Shown: in pieces, positions 1-9,139 of the stretch
Layout: each line of letters starts with the position of its first letter
Position numbering within the stretch: the stretch's first letter is position 1
Assembly (NCBI GenBank): GCA_030536875.1
Contig: JAUNPI010000003.1
Coordinates: forward strand, 1 to 45,710
Reading direction: 5' to 3'
From: Clostridia bacterium
GTDB taxonomy: Bacteria > Bacillota > Clostridia > Christensenellales > Aristaeellaceae
Length of the DNA: 45,710 bases
Notes under the pieces: generated by a model
What the model saw: only the letters and a program-made list of their open reading frames with translations
What the model was told of the DNA's origin: nothing
Databases searched by the model: none
Made by a program: the position numbers and the translations under genes

Positions 1-96
1 CTGGTGCTGCCGGTGCGCGTGTTCGGCGCGTGAGCGGCGGAGATCGTGTAAGAGATCCTGTAAGAGAGCCTGAATAGGGAAGGCCGAAGAGGGCGT

Positions 97-1191
97 ATGC
101 GCGTCAAGTCATTAGAGGTACACAACTTCAGAAACTATCAGAGCGTGCGCATAGAGCCCGGCAGCGGCGTGACCGTGTTCACGGGGCCCAACGCGCAGGG
201 CAAGACGAATATCCTGGAAGCCATCCACCTGTGCTGCCTCGGCCGAAGCCACAGAACGCCGAGGGATGAGGAGCTCATTCGCTGGGGCGAGACGTCTGCG
301 CGCGTCACCACGAAGACCGAGCAGCGCGACGGCACGCATGAGGTCACCGTGCTGCTCGCCAAGGGGCAAAAACGGCGGAAGACCGTCAAGATCGGCTCCC
401 GGCAGGCGGAGCGCATCGGCGAGCTGTTCGGCCACGTCTGCGGCGTGCTCTTTGCGCCGGAGGATCTGCAGATCGTCAAAAGCGGCCCGGCGGAGCGAAG
501 GCGCTTTATGGATATGCAGCTTTCGCAGCTGCGCCCGGCCTACTTTTATGCGCTTCAGCGCGCGGTGCGCACGCTGAACCAGCGAAACGCGCTGCTGCGC
601 GAGATCGCCAAAGACGGCGCGCTGATCAAAACGCTGGATCTGTGGGACGAGCAGCTTGCCGACTGCGGCGCGCAGATTGTGCTCCACCGCCGGGAGATGG
701 TGGCCAAGCTCGGCCAATACGCCGCGCAGGCGCATGCCTCGCTGACAGGCGGGCGCGAGGAGCTCAGGCTTTGGTATATTTCACAGGCGGCGGACGCCGA
801 AGACCCCAGGGAGAGGCTGCTTATGCGCCTCAAAGCCGCGCGCGCGGAGGATTTGCGCCGGATGACCACGAGCGTGGGCGTTCATCGCGACGACATCGGC
901 ATTTCAATTAACGGCAAGGAGGCGCGCATGTTTGCCTCGCAGGGGCAGCAGCGCAGCGCGGTGTTGTCCCTCAAGCTCGCGCAGCTGGAGCTGGCGTGGC
1001 AGGAGAGAGGCGAGGCGCCGGTGCTCATGCTCGACGATGTGATGAGCGAATTGGATCCCGGGCGCAGGCGCGAGCTGCTGGAGCGAATCGATCGCGTGCA
1101 GACGTTCGTGACCTGCACGGATATCTCCGATTTGGCCGGAGCCAAGCAGGAAGCGGTGTACCATGTGGATAACGGAACGCTGACGCCGTAG
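97..1191 (+). CDS. recF: DNA replication and repair protein RecF
   Basis: 364-aa ORF. Walker A 'GPNAQGKTNILEA', signature-like 'ASQGQQRS' and Walker B 'PVLMLDDVMSELD' occur in the order and spacing typical of RecF. Confidence 0.95.
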   Translation: MRVKSLEVHNFRNYQSVRIEPGSGVTVFTGPNAQGKTNILEAIHLCCLGRSHRTPRDEELIRWGETSARVTTKTEQRDGTHEVTVLLAKGQKRRKTVKIGSRQAERIGELFGHVCGVLFAPEDLQIVKSGPAERRRFMDMQLSQLRPAYFYALQRAVRTLNQRNALLREIAKDGALIKTLDLWDEQLADCGAQIVLHRREMVAKLGQYAAQAHASLTGGREELRLWYISQAADAEDPRERLLMRLKAARAEDLRRMTTSVGVHRDDIGISINGKEARMFASQGQQRSAVLSLKLAQLELAWQERGEAPVLMLDDVMSELDPGRRRELLERIDRVQTFVTCTDISDLAGAKQEAVYHVDNGTLTP

Positions 1192-1257
1192 TGCAGCCTT
1201 TTGGGGAGAGGCTTAAAAAGCGAGGCAGCGCTTCAAAGAAAGCCGTTTTCCCTCCGG

Positions 1258-1438
1258 TTTTCCACATCTGTCCACAAATTCTCGACAGTTTTCCACATTC
1301 GTGTGGAAAACTCTGTGGAAAACTGTTGAGAAGCGTCTGGAAAACCGCGGAAGCGGGACCCCAAAACGCCCCCAAAAAGCGAGCGTTTACCGAGGTTTTG
1401 GCGGGAACAAGCGCTGTGGGTTTTCCAAAAGTGGAAAA
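1258..1438. promoter_or_regulatory. Cluster of DnaA-box-like 9-mers in the noncoding gap after recF
   Basis: TTTTCCACA at 1258-1266 and 1289-1297. CTGTCCACA at 1268-1276. TGTGGAAAA (reverse orientation) at 1302-1310 and 1314-1322. Weaker copies are TCTGGAAAA 1336-1344, TTTTCCAAA 1421-1429 and AGTGGAAAA 1430-1438. The consensus DnaA box is TTATCCACA. Boxes 1289-1297 and 1302-1310 form a head-to-head palindrome. Confidence 0.65.
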
Positions 1439-1552
1439 GTCGCATGTTTTGGCTTGCGGGGAGGCATCCTAAGGGCCAAAGACGGGGCGGCGCCGGGAAA
1501 GGTTTGGGCGCGGCGAACCGGTCTTGAGCTGAGAGGGAAGAAGGGATCATCG

Positions 1553-1795
1553 TTGAACGTCTTATATGAACAGGGGCTTGAGGACGTCGCCGCGCAGCTT
1601 TCCGGCATGGGATACGCCATGCACGCGATGCGAAGCGCCGTCGCGGCGGATGCCGTGCTCTATGTCAGCGACATTCGCGCCGCGCTTTCGGCGACGGCGG
1701 CCAAGGGCGGCGCGCCGGTTTTGTGCGTCCGCGGCATGAGCGCGGGGGAGATCAGCTCCTGCATCGCCAGAAGGGCAAGCGCGGCGCTGTTTTAA
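1553..1795 (+). CDS. Small YkuS/UPF0180-like protein (80 aa), function unknown
   Basis: An in-frame TTG is preceded by 'GGGAAGAAGGGA'. The product 'LNVLYEQGLEDVAAQLSGMGYAM...VLCVRGMSAGEISSCIARR' follows the YkuS-family pattern as I remember it (N-terminal E.GL..V...L...GYEV and C-terminal G.t.eEI). The start codon is uncertain. Confidence 0.5.
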   Translation: MNVLYEQGLEDVAAQLSGMGYAMHAMRSAVAADAVLYVSDIRAALSATAAKGGAPVLCVRGMSAGEISSCIARRASAALF

Positions 1796-1842
1796 CCGGG
1801 CGCCGCGCGCCGAGCATATGGGAAAGGAACATCAACACACTC

Positions 1843-3039
1843 ATGGATCGCAGAAAAAAGCGGGGCGCCGTGGTCAGCGGGGTGAGCGGCTCCTATCGCA
1901 GTTATGGGTTGAGCGGCGAGAGCACAAAAAAGAAAAAGCAGGGCTTGGACCGCATGCGCATTGCGTTGGCCCTGATCGCGCTTGCGGCGCTGATAGCCAT
2001 CGTGGTGGCGTATGCGCTTACGGGTTCGGGGCGCGAGGGCGTGGGCAGGGTGACGCGCATCGGCGCGACGCTCTCGCAGAACGTGAGGCCCTTCGGCGAC
2101 AGCGTCATCTTTTATGACGGTACGACGCTTCACTGCGTCGCGGCGACGGGCGGAAACGAGTGGAGCTACCAAATCGGCGCGAATGCCGACTACGATTGCA
2201 CGCAGAAGCGCATCGTCGCGTGGTCGGGCAACGACATTTTCATCCTCAACAACCGGGGACGCCTGATTTACAACAACAAGATGAGCGACACCATCCAGTT
2301 TGCCAGCGCGGGCGACAACTATGTGGCGGCCTTTATCGGCGAGGCGGACAACGGCGTCATCAGCGTTATCGGAAGCGACGGGCAGATTGTGGACAACATC
2401 ACCATCGAGAACCAGACGCTGCTGGATATCGGCTTTTTCTACTCGTCGACCTCCTCGAGCGCGCAGGAGACGGAGCTGATGTGGGTGCTTGGGCTGGATA
2501 CCACGGGCACGGTCATTTCCACCGAGCTGCAGACCTTCCAGCCGGGCAAGCTCTCCACCGGCAAGAGCTCCCTGGGCGAGCACATCGCCTATTCCGTCTA
2601 TGCCACGGGCGGCACGCTGAACGTCGTGGATACGAGGCAGATCACGCATTACAATTACCGCGTGCTCGAGCAGGGGAGCGCGACGCTCATCTACGGCTAC
2701 ACGATGGAGGATATCCGCCAGAGCGGCACGACGACCTATCAGCTGCTCATCCCCGCTCAGGAGCAAAACGAGGGGACGAGCATCAGCAATGTGCGGCTGA
2801 TGGCGGGGAGCGTCGACCGCGTGCTGCACCTGCCCAGCGAGTGCCTTGCGGCGAAGCTGGGCTCGCGCTCGGTCTACGGCTTTTCCTCAAGCGCGGTCTA
2901 TGTCTGCCGCTTCGGGGAGACGTCGTTTTCCAGCTATTCGCTGCCCATCACCGTCACGGCCGTGCTCGGCATGATCACGGATAACCGGGCGGTCGTCGCT
3001 TCGGGATCGGAAATTTACGTCGTGGAGCTGCCGGATTGA
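1843..3039 (+). CDS. Membrane-anchored hypothetical protein with a repeat/beta-rich extracytoplasmic domain (resembles the DUF5711 family of Clostridia)
   Basis: ATG at 1843. It has a basic N-terminus 'MDRRKKRG', one TM segment 'IALALIALAALIAIVVAYAL', then about 330 aa rich in G/S/T/Y beta-strand-like repeats. The family assignment is from memory only. Confidence 0.65.
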   Translation: MDRRKKRGAVVSGVSGSYRSYGLSGESTKKKKQGLDRMRIALALIALAALIAIVVAYALTGSGREGVGRVTRIGATLSQNVRPFGDSVIFYDGTTLHCVAATGGNEWSYQIGANADYDCTQKRIVAWSGNDIFILNNRGRLIYNNKMSDTIQFASAGDNYVAAFIGEADNGVISVIGSDGQIVDNITIENQTLLDIGFFYSSTSSSAQETELMWVLGLDTTGTVISTELQTFQPGKLSTGKSSLGEHIAYSVYATGGTLNVVDTRQITHYNYRVLEQGSATLIYGYTMEDIRQSGTTTYQLLIPAQEQNEGTSISNVRLMAGSVDRVLHLPSECLAAKLGSRSVYGFSSSAVYVCRFGETSFSSYSLPITVTAVLGMITDNRAVVASGSEIYVVELPD

Positions 3040-3067
3040 CAGCCCGACTTGTGAGAAAGGAGTCCGC

Positions 3068-3760
3068 ATGAATATCATCGACATCGTCATCCTCGCGGTG
3101 CTTGCCGTGAGCGTGATATTGGGCATGTACCGCGGGTTTATCAGCGGCGTTTTGAGCGTCGCCGCGCTCATCGGCTCGGCGGCGTTCGCCTTCGCGGCAA
3201 GCGGAGAGCTGGCGGCGTGGCTTCAAGGCAACAAGACGCTTGTGGATACGCTGCTCTATTACACCGACGCGGGAAGCCGCATTTCCGACCTCGAGCTCTC
3301 GCTGCTCTCCGTCTCCCAGGTGACGGAGAGCGCGCTTTCACAGATCCTGCAGGGGGCGAGCCTGCCCGCCGCGTTTGAAAGCGCGTTTTTGACGGGGATG
3401 GGAACGGCTCCCGCCTCGATGACCATCGCCGACCTGCTCAGCAACACGATTGTGAACGTATCGCTCTCCATTTTGAGCTTCCTCATCTGCTTTTTGATCG
3501 CCTATATCGTTCTCACGTTCGTGATTCATCTGATCAACTACGTCTTTGAATTGCCCGTGCTCCGCCACCTCGACGCGCTGGCGGGCGGCGTGTTTGGGCT
3601 TTTGCGCGGCGTCATGCTGCTGTTCATCTTCTTTGCGCTGGTGCCCATCGTGCTGGCCGTCGTGCCGCTCGAGCAGGTCGAGACGCTGATTGCGCAGTCC
3701 GCCCTCGCGCCGATGTTCGACAGTCAGCTGATTTTGTCGATCCTCCAGCGGGCGGTCTGA
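3068..3760 (+). CDS. cvpA: CvpA-family membrane protein (colicin V production protein-like)
   Basis: N-terminus 'MNIIDIVILAVLAVSVILGMYRGFISGVLS' plus several further TM segments match the typical CvpA layout. A GGAG ribbon-binding site lies upstream. Confidence 0.8.
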   Translation: MNIIDIVILAVLAVSVILGMYRGFISGVLSVAALIGSAAFAFAASGELAAWLQGNKTLVDTLLYYTDAGSRISDLELSLLSVSQVTESALSQILQGASLPAAFESAFLTGMGTAPASMTIADLLSNTIVNVSLSILSFLICFLIAYIVLTFVIHLINYVFELPVLRHLDALAGGVFGLLRGVMLLFIFFALVPIVLAVVPLEQVETLIAQSALAPMFDSQLILSILQRAV

Positions 3761-3836
3761 TCGACCGGCCGGTTTTTCCCACGAGGGCGAGGGTAAGAAA
3801 ACGTGAGCGCATCGCGAAAAGAAGGGGTTTTTGAGC

Positions 3837-4460
3837 ATGTCCAGAAATGAATCCGCCCAAAGCGGCGCCATTCGCCTGACCAACAGGACGGCGCGCGCGC
3901 TGCGGCGCTGCGCGCAGCGGGAGAGGAGCGTCTGCCGGGCGGCGGTCGTGATCCTGACGCTGGGGCTGGCCGTATCTTCGGTCGCGCTGGGCGTCGTTTG
4001 GCTGCCGGCGGTGCCGCTTATGCTCCTGGCCGCGGCGATTGTCGACGCGCTGCTGCTGGTGTACGGGAGGAGCCGGTATCTCTCTTTGATCGGCCAGGCG
4101 ATCTGCACGGAGGCCGCCGCGCGCGGCATCCGCGATCAGGGAAATGAAAAGCGCAGGCGGCGTCAGGCGCTCAGCGACCTGGCGGGGATTCGCGAAGACA
4201 TGAAGCGCATGACCGGCGAGGAGGCGGCCGAGGAGGACGACGACCTGCTGCCCGCGCTCGAGCTGCGCGCAAAGCCCGAGGGCCGTCCCGAAGCGGCAAG
4301 GGCGAAGGGAGAGGACACCAAGCGCGTTCAAAGGGCTCAGGCCCCTGCGCGCCGCCGGCGCAGACAGGCGGCGTTTCAGGTGCTCCAGAGCGAACAGACA
4401 GATGCTCCCGGCGGCGTCCAAGGCGACGCCGAAGGATGGCAGCATAAAGCGAGGCATTGA
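3837..4460 (+). CDS. Hypothetical membrane protein with a highly charged C-terminal tail
   Basis: ATG is preceded by 'GAAGGGG' at 9-nt spacing. Two hydrophobic segments ('AAVVILTLGLAVSSVALGVVWLPAVPLMLLAAAIVDALLLV') are followed by an R/E/K-rich tail. The stop overlaps the start region of the next gene. I recognise no family. Confidence 0.5.
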   Translation: MSRNESAQSGAIRLTNRTARALRRCAQRERSVCRAAVVILTLGLAVSSVALGVVWLPAVPLMLLAAAIVDALLLVYGRSRYLSLIGQAICTEAAARGIRDQGNEKRRRRQALSDLAGIREDMKRMTGEEAAEEDDDLLPALELRAKPEGRPEAARAKGEDTKRVQRAQAPARRRRRQAAFQVLQSEQTDAPGGVQGDAEGWQHKARH

Positions 4461-4462
4461 CG

Positions 4463-6376
4463 ATGGCGGCGACGCTGTATTTGATTTTGTTTCTTGTGAG
4501 CGGCATGATGATCGTGCGTCTGCTGCTGCCGCGGCTCAGCCCGCTCGTGCGCGCATGGCTGGGGCTCTCGCTGGGGCTATTGCTGATGATGCAGCTTCCG
4601 GCGCTGTGCGCGTATGCGCTGTCCTTTACGGTGAAGGCGCATATCGCGGCGGCGGGGCTTTTGCTCCTGCTTGTCGCGCTTTGCTATGCGCTGCGCGAGC
4701 GATCCCATGTTTCGGCCATGAAGGAGGGCGAGCGGGAGATGCTCGCCGTGATGGCGGCGTTTGTCCTGCCGCTTACGGCGCTGTCCGCTTACCTGCAATA
4801 TACGCACATGATCATGCCGAGGGCGGACGGTTCCTATTGGTGCGGGCAGTCGACCTACGGCGACCTGTGCATGCATTTGGCGTTCGTGACCTCGATGAAG
4901 GACATGGCCTTCCCGCCCACCTATAACCTGCTTGCGGGGACGCCGCTCTCGTATCCCTATCTGGTCGATTCGCTCTCCACAAGCTTTTATCTGCTGGGGA
5001 TGGATCTCAATCTCGCGCTCGTCGTGCCGGGCACGCTGATGATGGCGCTGACCTACGCGGGGTATATGCTCCTGGCGAGGGAGGTGCTCGGCGGGCGGCG
5101 CAAGGCCGTGGCGGTTGCGGCGCTCTTGTTCTTTTTGAACGGCGGGCTGGGGTTCCTCTACGACTTTGACATGATGGGCCGGGACGGGTTTGCCAAGATC
5201 CGGGAGATCTTCACCGGCTATTACAAGACGCCGGCGAACCAGCCCGACCTCAACCTGCGCTTTTCCAACGTCATCGCCGATCTGATGATCCCCCAGCGCG
5301 CGCTGATGGGCGGCTGGGCGATGGTGCTGCCCGCGCTGTATCTGCTCATTCGCTCGGCGAAGGAGCGCTCCATGCGCAAGACGGTGATGCTCGCGCTCTG
5401 GGCGGGCGCGCTCCCGCTTGTGCATACGCATACGTTTCTCGCGCTGGCTCTCTTCTCCGGCGGGTATCTTGTGGGCCGCGTGATCATGGAGCCGGACGAC
5501 TGGAGCGGCATCCTTGTGCGCGCGATTGTGTATCTGGGCATCGTGCTCGCGCTTGCGCTGCCGCAGGTGCTCTCCGGCGCGGTGCGCCAGACGGTCGAGG
5601 GAGGCGTTTTGCGCTTCCAGTTCAACTGGGTCAACAACAGCAACGGAAACGGGATGATCGACGGCTATTTCTTCTTCTGGGTGAAGAACGTCGGCCTGCC
5701 GTTTATCCTGATCGTCTGCGCCTGCCTGAACGCGCGCAGGCGCGGTCAGCTGGATATCGCGCTGGGCATGGCGGGCATCTTCGTCGTCGCCGAGACGATC
5801 CTCTTCCAGCGCAACGAGTACGACAACAACAAGCTGTTTTACATCTGGTATATGTTTGGCGCGATGCTCGCGGCGGACTACGGCTCCATTCTCATGCAGC
5901 GTCTGGCAGGACTGAGGGGGCGCGCGCTGCTGTGTACACTCTTCCTTATGGGAAGCACGCTGTCCGGCGCGCTGTCCATTGCCCGCGAGGCCGTCTCCGG
6001 CTATCAGCTCTTCGGGAGCAGCGCCGTTCAGGCGGGCAAATGGATTGAGGAGAACACCGAGAAGGACAGCGTCTTCCTCACGGGCCAGCAGCATATCAAC
6101 CCCGTCTGTTCGCTTGCGGGGCGGCAGATTGTGTGCGGCAGCGATTTGTATGTCTATTTCCACGGGCTTCACTACCAGCAGCAGGCGGAGGACTGCCAGC
6201 GTTTTTACGAGGATCCGGCAAACAATGCCGATGTGCTCAACCTTTACGACGTGGACTACATCTATGTGAGCGATTACGAGCGGAGCGATTTTGACGTCGA
6301 CCTGCGCGCGCTGGACGAGGCGTATGAGCTGGTCTACGAGAATCCCGACGTGCGCATCTACGTCGTCGGGGAATAG
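4463..6376 (+). CDS. Large polytopic membrane protein, GT-C-fold glycosyltransferase-like (ArnT/PMT-like architecture), specific function unknown
   Basis: About 637 aa with at least 10 hydrophobic segments and a roughly 130-aa soluble C-terminal domain. GAGG lies 8 nt before the ATG at 4463; the ORF opens at TTG 4457. The call rests on architecture only, with no catalytic motif verified. Confidence 0.6.
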   Translation: MAATLYLILFLVSGMMIVRLLLPRLSPLVRAWLGLSLGLLLMMQLPALCAYALSFTVKAHIAAAGLLLLLVALCYALRERSHVSAMKEGEREMLAVMAAFVLPLTALSAYLQYTHMIMPRADGSYWCGQSTYGDLCMHLAFVTSMKDMAFPPTYNLLAGTPLSYPYLVDSLSTSFYLLGMDLNLALVVPGTLMMALTYAGYMLLAREVLGGRRKAVAVAALLFFLNGGLGFLYDFDMMGRDGFAKIREIFTGYYKTPANQPDLNLRFSNVIADLMIPQRALMGGWAMVLPALYLLIRSAKERSMRKTVMLALWAGALPLVHTHTFLALALFSGGYLVGRVIMEPDDWSGILVRAIVYLGIVLALALPQVLSGAVRQTVEGGVLRFQFNWVNNSNGNGMIDGYFFFWVKNVGLPFILIVCACLNARRRGQLDIALGMAGIFVVAETILFQRNEYDNNKLFYIWYMFGAMLAADYGSILMQRLAGLRGRALLCTLFLMGSTLSGALSIAREAVSGYQLFGSSAVQAGKWIEENTEKDSVFLTGQQHINPVCSLAGRQIVCGSDLYVYFHGLHYQQQAEDCQRFYEDPANNADVLNLYDVDYIYVSDYERSDFDVDLRALDEAYELVYENPDVRIYVVGE

Positions 6377-6382
6377 GGGGCC

Positions 6383-6619
6383 TTGAGGGTGGTCGAGCGT
6401 TTTTTGCGCTATTCGCTGGAGCGGGGGCAGAGGATCTGCGTCGTCACGATGGATGAGGCGGGCGCGATGGCGAAGATGAACCTGCTCGTCACCGCCATCG
6501 ACGAGGATGGGGCGGGCTTTACCGCCAAACGTCCGGGGAGAAAGCTTTCAAAACACTATGCGCTCTCGAGCGTGCTGACCGCGACGTATGCGCGCGGGGA
6601 TCAGGGCGCGCTGGAGTAG
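6383..6619 (+). CDS. Small hypothetical protein (78 aa)
   Basis: The ORF starts at TTG directly after the previous stop. It fills a gap that is otherwise noncoding. I recognise no motif. Confidence 0.35.
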   Translation: MRVVERFLRYSLERGQRICVVTMDEAGAMAKMNLLVTAIDEDGAGFTAKRPGRKLSKHYALSSVLTATYARGDQGALE

Positions 6620-6640
6620 CGCCAAGGAGAGGCTTCGGCT

Positions 6641-7276
6641 ATGAATATCGTCTTTCAGTTCGGGGAGTGGATTGGGACGGCGGCTTTCGCCGTCTCCGGC
6701 GCGATGGTCGCCGTCGACAAAAAAACGGACATCTTCGGCGTGATCCTGCTCGCCGTCATCACGGCGCTGGGCGGCGGCACGGTGCGCGACATGCTGCTGG
6801 GGCAGCTGCCGCCGAGGATGTTTTCCAATTTCCAATACGTGCTGCTCTCGACGGTCTGCGCTGTAACGGTGTTCCTGCTCGCGCGCATCTTCAAAGAAAA
6901 GTTCGTGGAGAAGGAACACGCCATCGAGCAGATCAACAACGTCTTTGACGCCATTGGGCTGGGCGTCTTCGCCGTCTCCGGCGCGCATATCGGCATGGAG
7001 GCCGGTTATGGCGACAACGTCTTCCTCATGACGTTTCTGGGGATGACGACGGCTGTCGGCGGCGGCATGCTCCGCGACATGATGATTCAGGAGATTCCCT
7101 TTGTGCTCAAAAAGCGCATCTACGCCGTCGCCGCCATCGCCGGGGCGCTGACGTTTGTCTTCATCGCCCGCGCGGGCGTCTCCTCCGCGGTGGCCTATGG
7201 CGCGGGCTGCGCCGTCACCACGACGCTCAGGATGCTGGCGACGGTGTTCCGGTGGAATTTGCCGAGGGCGCTGTGA
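6641..7276 (+). CDS. TRIC/UPF0126-family cation channel (YadS/YicG-like)
   Basis: The hallmark motif is duplicated as 'ALGGGTVRDMLLG' and 'AVGGGMLRDMMIQ'. There are about 7 TM segments in 211 aa. Confidence 0.85.
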   Translation: MNIVFQFGEWIGTAAFAVSGAMVAVDKKTDIFGVILLAVITALGGGTVRDMLLGQLPPRMFSNFQYVLLSTVCAVTVFLLARIFKEKFVEKEHAIEQINNVFDAIGLGVFAVSGAHIGMEAGYGDNVFLMTFLGMTTAVGGGMLRDMMIQEIPFVLKKRIYAVAAIAGALTFVFIARAGVSSAVAYGAGCAVTTTLRMLATVFRWNLPRAL

Positions 7277-7362
7277 GAAAATAGGAGATCTCGTGATCCG
7301 GATGCAGAAGAGGATGGGCCGGGGTGCCCGACACGGGGCGCAAGCCTAAGAAGGAGAGCAGC

Positions 7363-7605
7363 ATGAGGGAGATTCAAACAGGCCGCACATACCGGCATTT
7401 TAAGGGAAACCGTTACCTGACCATCGCCATCGCGAAGCATTCGGAGACCGGCGAAATGTTTGTGGTCTACAAGCCGCTGTATGGCGACGGGCAGGTCTAC
7501 GTGAGGCCCTACGAGATGTTTGCCTCCGAGGTCGACCGCGCCAAATATCCGGAGGCCGCACAGAAATACCGGTTTGAGCTGATCGAGGATCAGACGGACG
7601 AATGA
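7363..7605 (+). CDS. DUF1653-domain protein
   Basis: '[32 protein letters not shown]' matches the DUF1653 core (Y.H.KG..Y...A.HSET.E..VVY..LY). 'AAGGAGAG' precedes the ATG at 7363. Confidence 0.75.
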   Translation: MREIQTGRTYRHFKGNRYLTIAIAKHSETGEMFVVYKPLYGDGQVYVRPYEMFASEVDRAKYPEAAQKYRFELIEDQTDE

Positions 7606-7698
7606 CATGTGAACCCTGCGCCAAAGGGCTCGCCTGATTGCGTCTTAGACAGTATAGCAACTTATGATATTTATATACCACGAAAGGAGCCTGCGTGT

Positions 7699-8532
7699 AT
7701 GCCGAAGCCCATTGTCGCTGTGATGTACGATTTTGATAAGACGCTGTGTACGAAGGACATGCAGGAATACGGCTTTATCCCGTCTTTGGGCATGAGCGCA
7801 GAGGATTTCTGGGACGAGGTGACGCGCCTCACGGACCGGCAGCAGATGGACAGCATCCTCGCCTACATGTATCAGATGGTCGAAAAGGCGAGGGAGCGCC
7901 AAATCCCGGTCACGCGAAGCACATTCGAACAGATGGGGGCGGGCGTCGAGTATTTCGAGGGCGTACAGACGTGGTTTGAGCGCGTAAGCCGCTATGGCGA
8001 GGAGATTGGCGCGCAGGTGGAGCACTATATCGTCTCCTCCGGCATCAAGGAGATCATCGAGGGAACGGAAATCGCCCGATATTTCAAGAGGATTTACGCC
8101 TGCGAGTTCATGTACGGCGAAGACGGGAGCATTCGGTGGCCCAAATTTGCCGTCAACTATACGGCAAAGACGCAGTTTCTCTTTCGGATCAACAAGGGCG
8201 TGTTGAATATCGACAGCCGGAGCGCCAACCAGCTCAACCAGTATACCCCGGAGAAAAGGCGCCGCGTGCCGTTTCACAACATGATCTACATCGGCGACGG
8301 CATCACGGATGTGCCCTGCATGCGGCTGGTCAAATCCTATGGAGGGCAGTCCGTCGCGGTATATGATCCTCAGAAGGGGAGCGAAGCGGCCGAGGCGCTT
8401 CGCGAGGCGGGAAGGGTCAACTACGTCGTTCCGGCGGATTACACGGCCGGAAGCCAAATTGAAACGCTCGTGAAGGCGATCATCAAGAAGGTGCAGGCCG
8501 AGTGGGAGATGCTCTCCTACGGGCGGGAATGA
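7699..8532 (+). CDS. HAD-superfamily hydrolase
   Basis: Motif I is 'VMYDFDKTL' (DxDxT) and motif IV is 'YIGDGITDVP'. 'GAAAGGAG' lies upstream of the ATG at 7699. Confidence 0.8.
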   Translation: MPKPIVAVMYDFDKTLCTKDMQEYGFIPSLGMSAEDFWDEVTRLTDRQQMDSILAYMYQMVEKARERQIPVTRSTFEQMGAGVEYFEGVQTWFERVSRYGEEIGAQVEHYIVSSGIKEIIEGTEIARYFKRIYACEFMYGEDGSIRWPKFAVNYTAKTQFLFRINKGVLNIDSRSANQLNQYTPEKRRRVPFHNMIYIGDGITDVPCMRLVKSYGGQSVAVYDPQKGSEAAEALREAGRVNYVVPADYTAGSQIETLVKAIIKKVQAEWEMLSYGRE

Positions 8533-8548
8533 TCCTGTGCATAGAAAA

Positions 8549-8593
8549 CCCCCGCCTGCCGGGCGCGGCGTTTAGCCGCCCGGCAGGCGGGGG
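8549..8593. terminator. GC-rich hairpin between convergent genes (likely bidirectional terminator)
   Basis: The 15-nt arms CCCCCGCCTGCCGGG (8549-8563) and CCCGGCAGGCGGGGG (8579-8593) are perfectly complementary. An A-run lies upstream. The hairpin sits between the HAD stop (8532) and the Nudix stop (8614). Confidence 0.7.
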
Positions 8594-8613
8594 TGCTGTG
8601 ACAAAGGGGGCTT

Positions 8614-9111
8614 TTATGGCGCAGGGGTTTGCGCCATCCTGTATTGGCTCACGAGCCGGTAGGCCGGGCCGCCGGGGCGCATGGCCGCCTGAGCGTCCGC
8701 CGGGCTCATCCACGCGGCGTCCTTGATCTCGCTGGAAAGCGTAAACGGCGCTTTTTTCACGCGGGCAAAGAAGCCCAGCATGAGCTGTTCTCTGCGATCG
8801 AACCAATATGTCCGAACCGGCTCGAGCGCATGGACGGGCAGGCCGAGCTCCTCGGCAATCTCCCGCCGCGCGGTCTCCTCGGCGCATTCCCCGGGCTTGA
8901 CGTAACCGGCGACGAGGCCGCCATAGGGTCTGCTGTTCTCCCGAAGGACGGCGATTTCGCCCAGCTCGTTGACGACCAGCGCGATGACACAGGTTGAAAA
9001 GCTGTCAAAATAGGGCCTTTCGCATGCCTCGCACCACGGCACGTCGCCCTCGTCGCCGAGCGAGCGGCAAGCGAGTTTTTTTCCGCACAGCGGACAATAG
9101 ATTGATCTCAT
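8614..9111 (-). CDS. Nudix hydrolase with N-terminal zinc ribbon (NudC-like architecture)
   Basis: Nudix box 'GGLVAGYVKPGECAEETARREIAEELGL'. The N-terminal Cys pairs are 'CPLCG' and 'CEAC'. Confidence 0.85.
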   Translation of the reverse strand: MRSIYCPLCGKKLACRSLGDEGDVPWCEACERPYFDSFSTCVIALVVNELGEIAVLRENSRPYGGLVAGYVKPGECAEETARREIAEELGLPVHALEPVRTYWFDRREQLMLGFFARVKKAPFTLSSEIKDAAWMSPADAQAAMRPGGPAYRLVSQYRMAQTPAP

Positions 9112-9139
9112 GGAGGTTCAGGCTTCCTTTGCTTTTTTC

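Noticed and set aside
47-70. Tandem 12-mer TGTAAGAGATCC / TGTAAGAGAGCC upstream of recF
   Set aside because: There are only two imperfect copies, in a short intergenic spacer after what looks like the end of an upstream gene ('...LVLPVRVFGA' with a stop at 31-33). I see no known motif, so this is not enough for a regulatory call.
1191-1472. 93-aa ORF (GTG start) spanning the recF-downstream region, with overlapping ORFs at 1233-1550 and 1301-1552
   Set aside because: The open frames run straight through the DnaA-box repeats, which produces peptide repeats such as 'FPHSCGKLCGKL'. There is no SD. I interpret the region as noncoding regulatory DNA. Only the 3' part of the 1301 frame, from 1553, looks like a real YkuS-like gene.
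4577-6172. 531-aa minus-strand ORF antisense to the polytopic membrane protein gene
   Set aside because: The composition is highly basic and low in complexity, and no SD or start context is visible. The plus-strand frame gives a coherent multi-TM protein.
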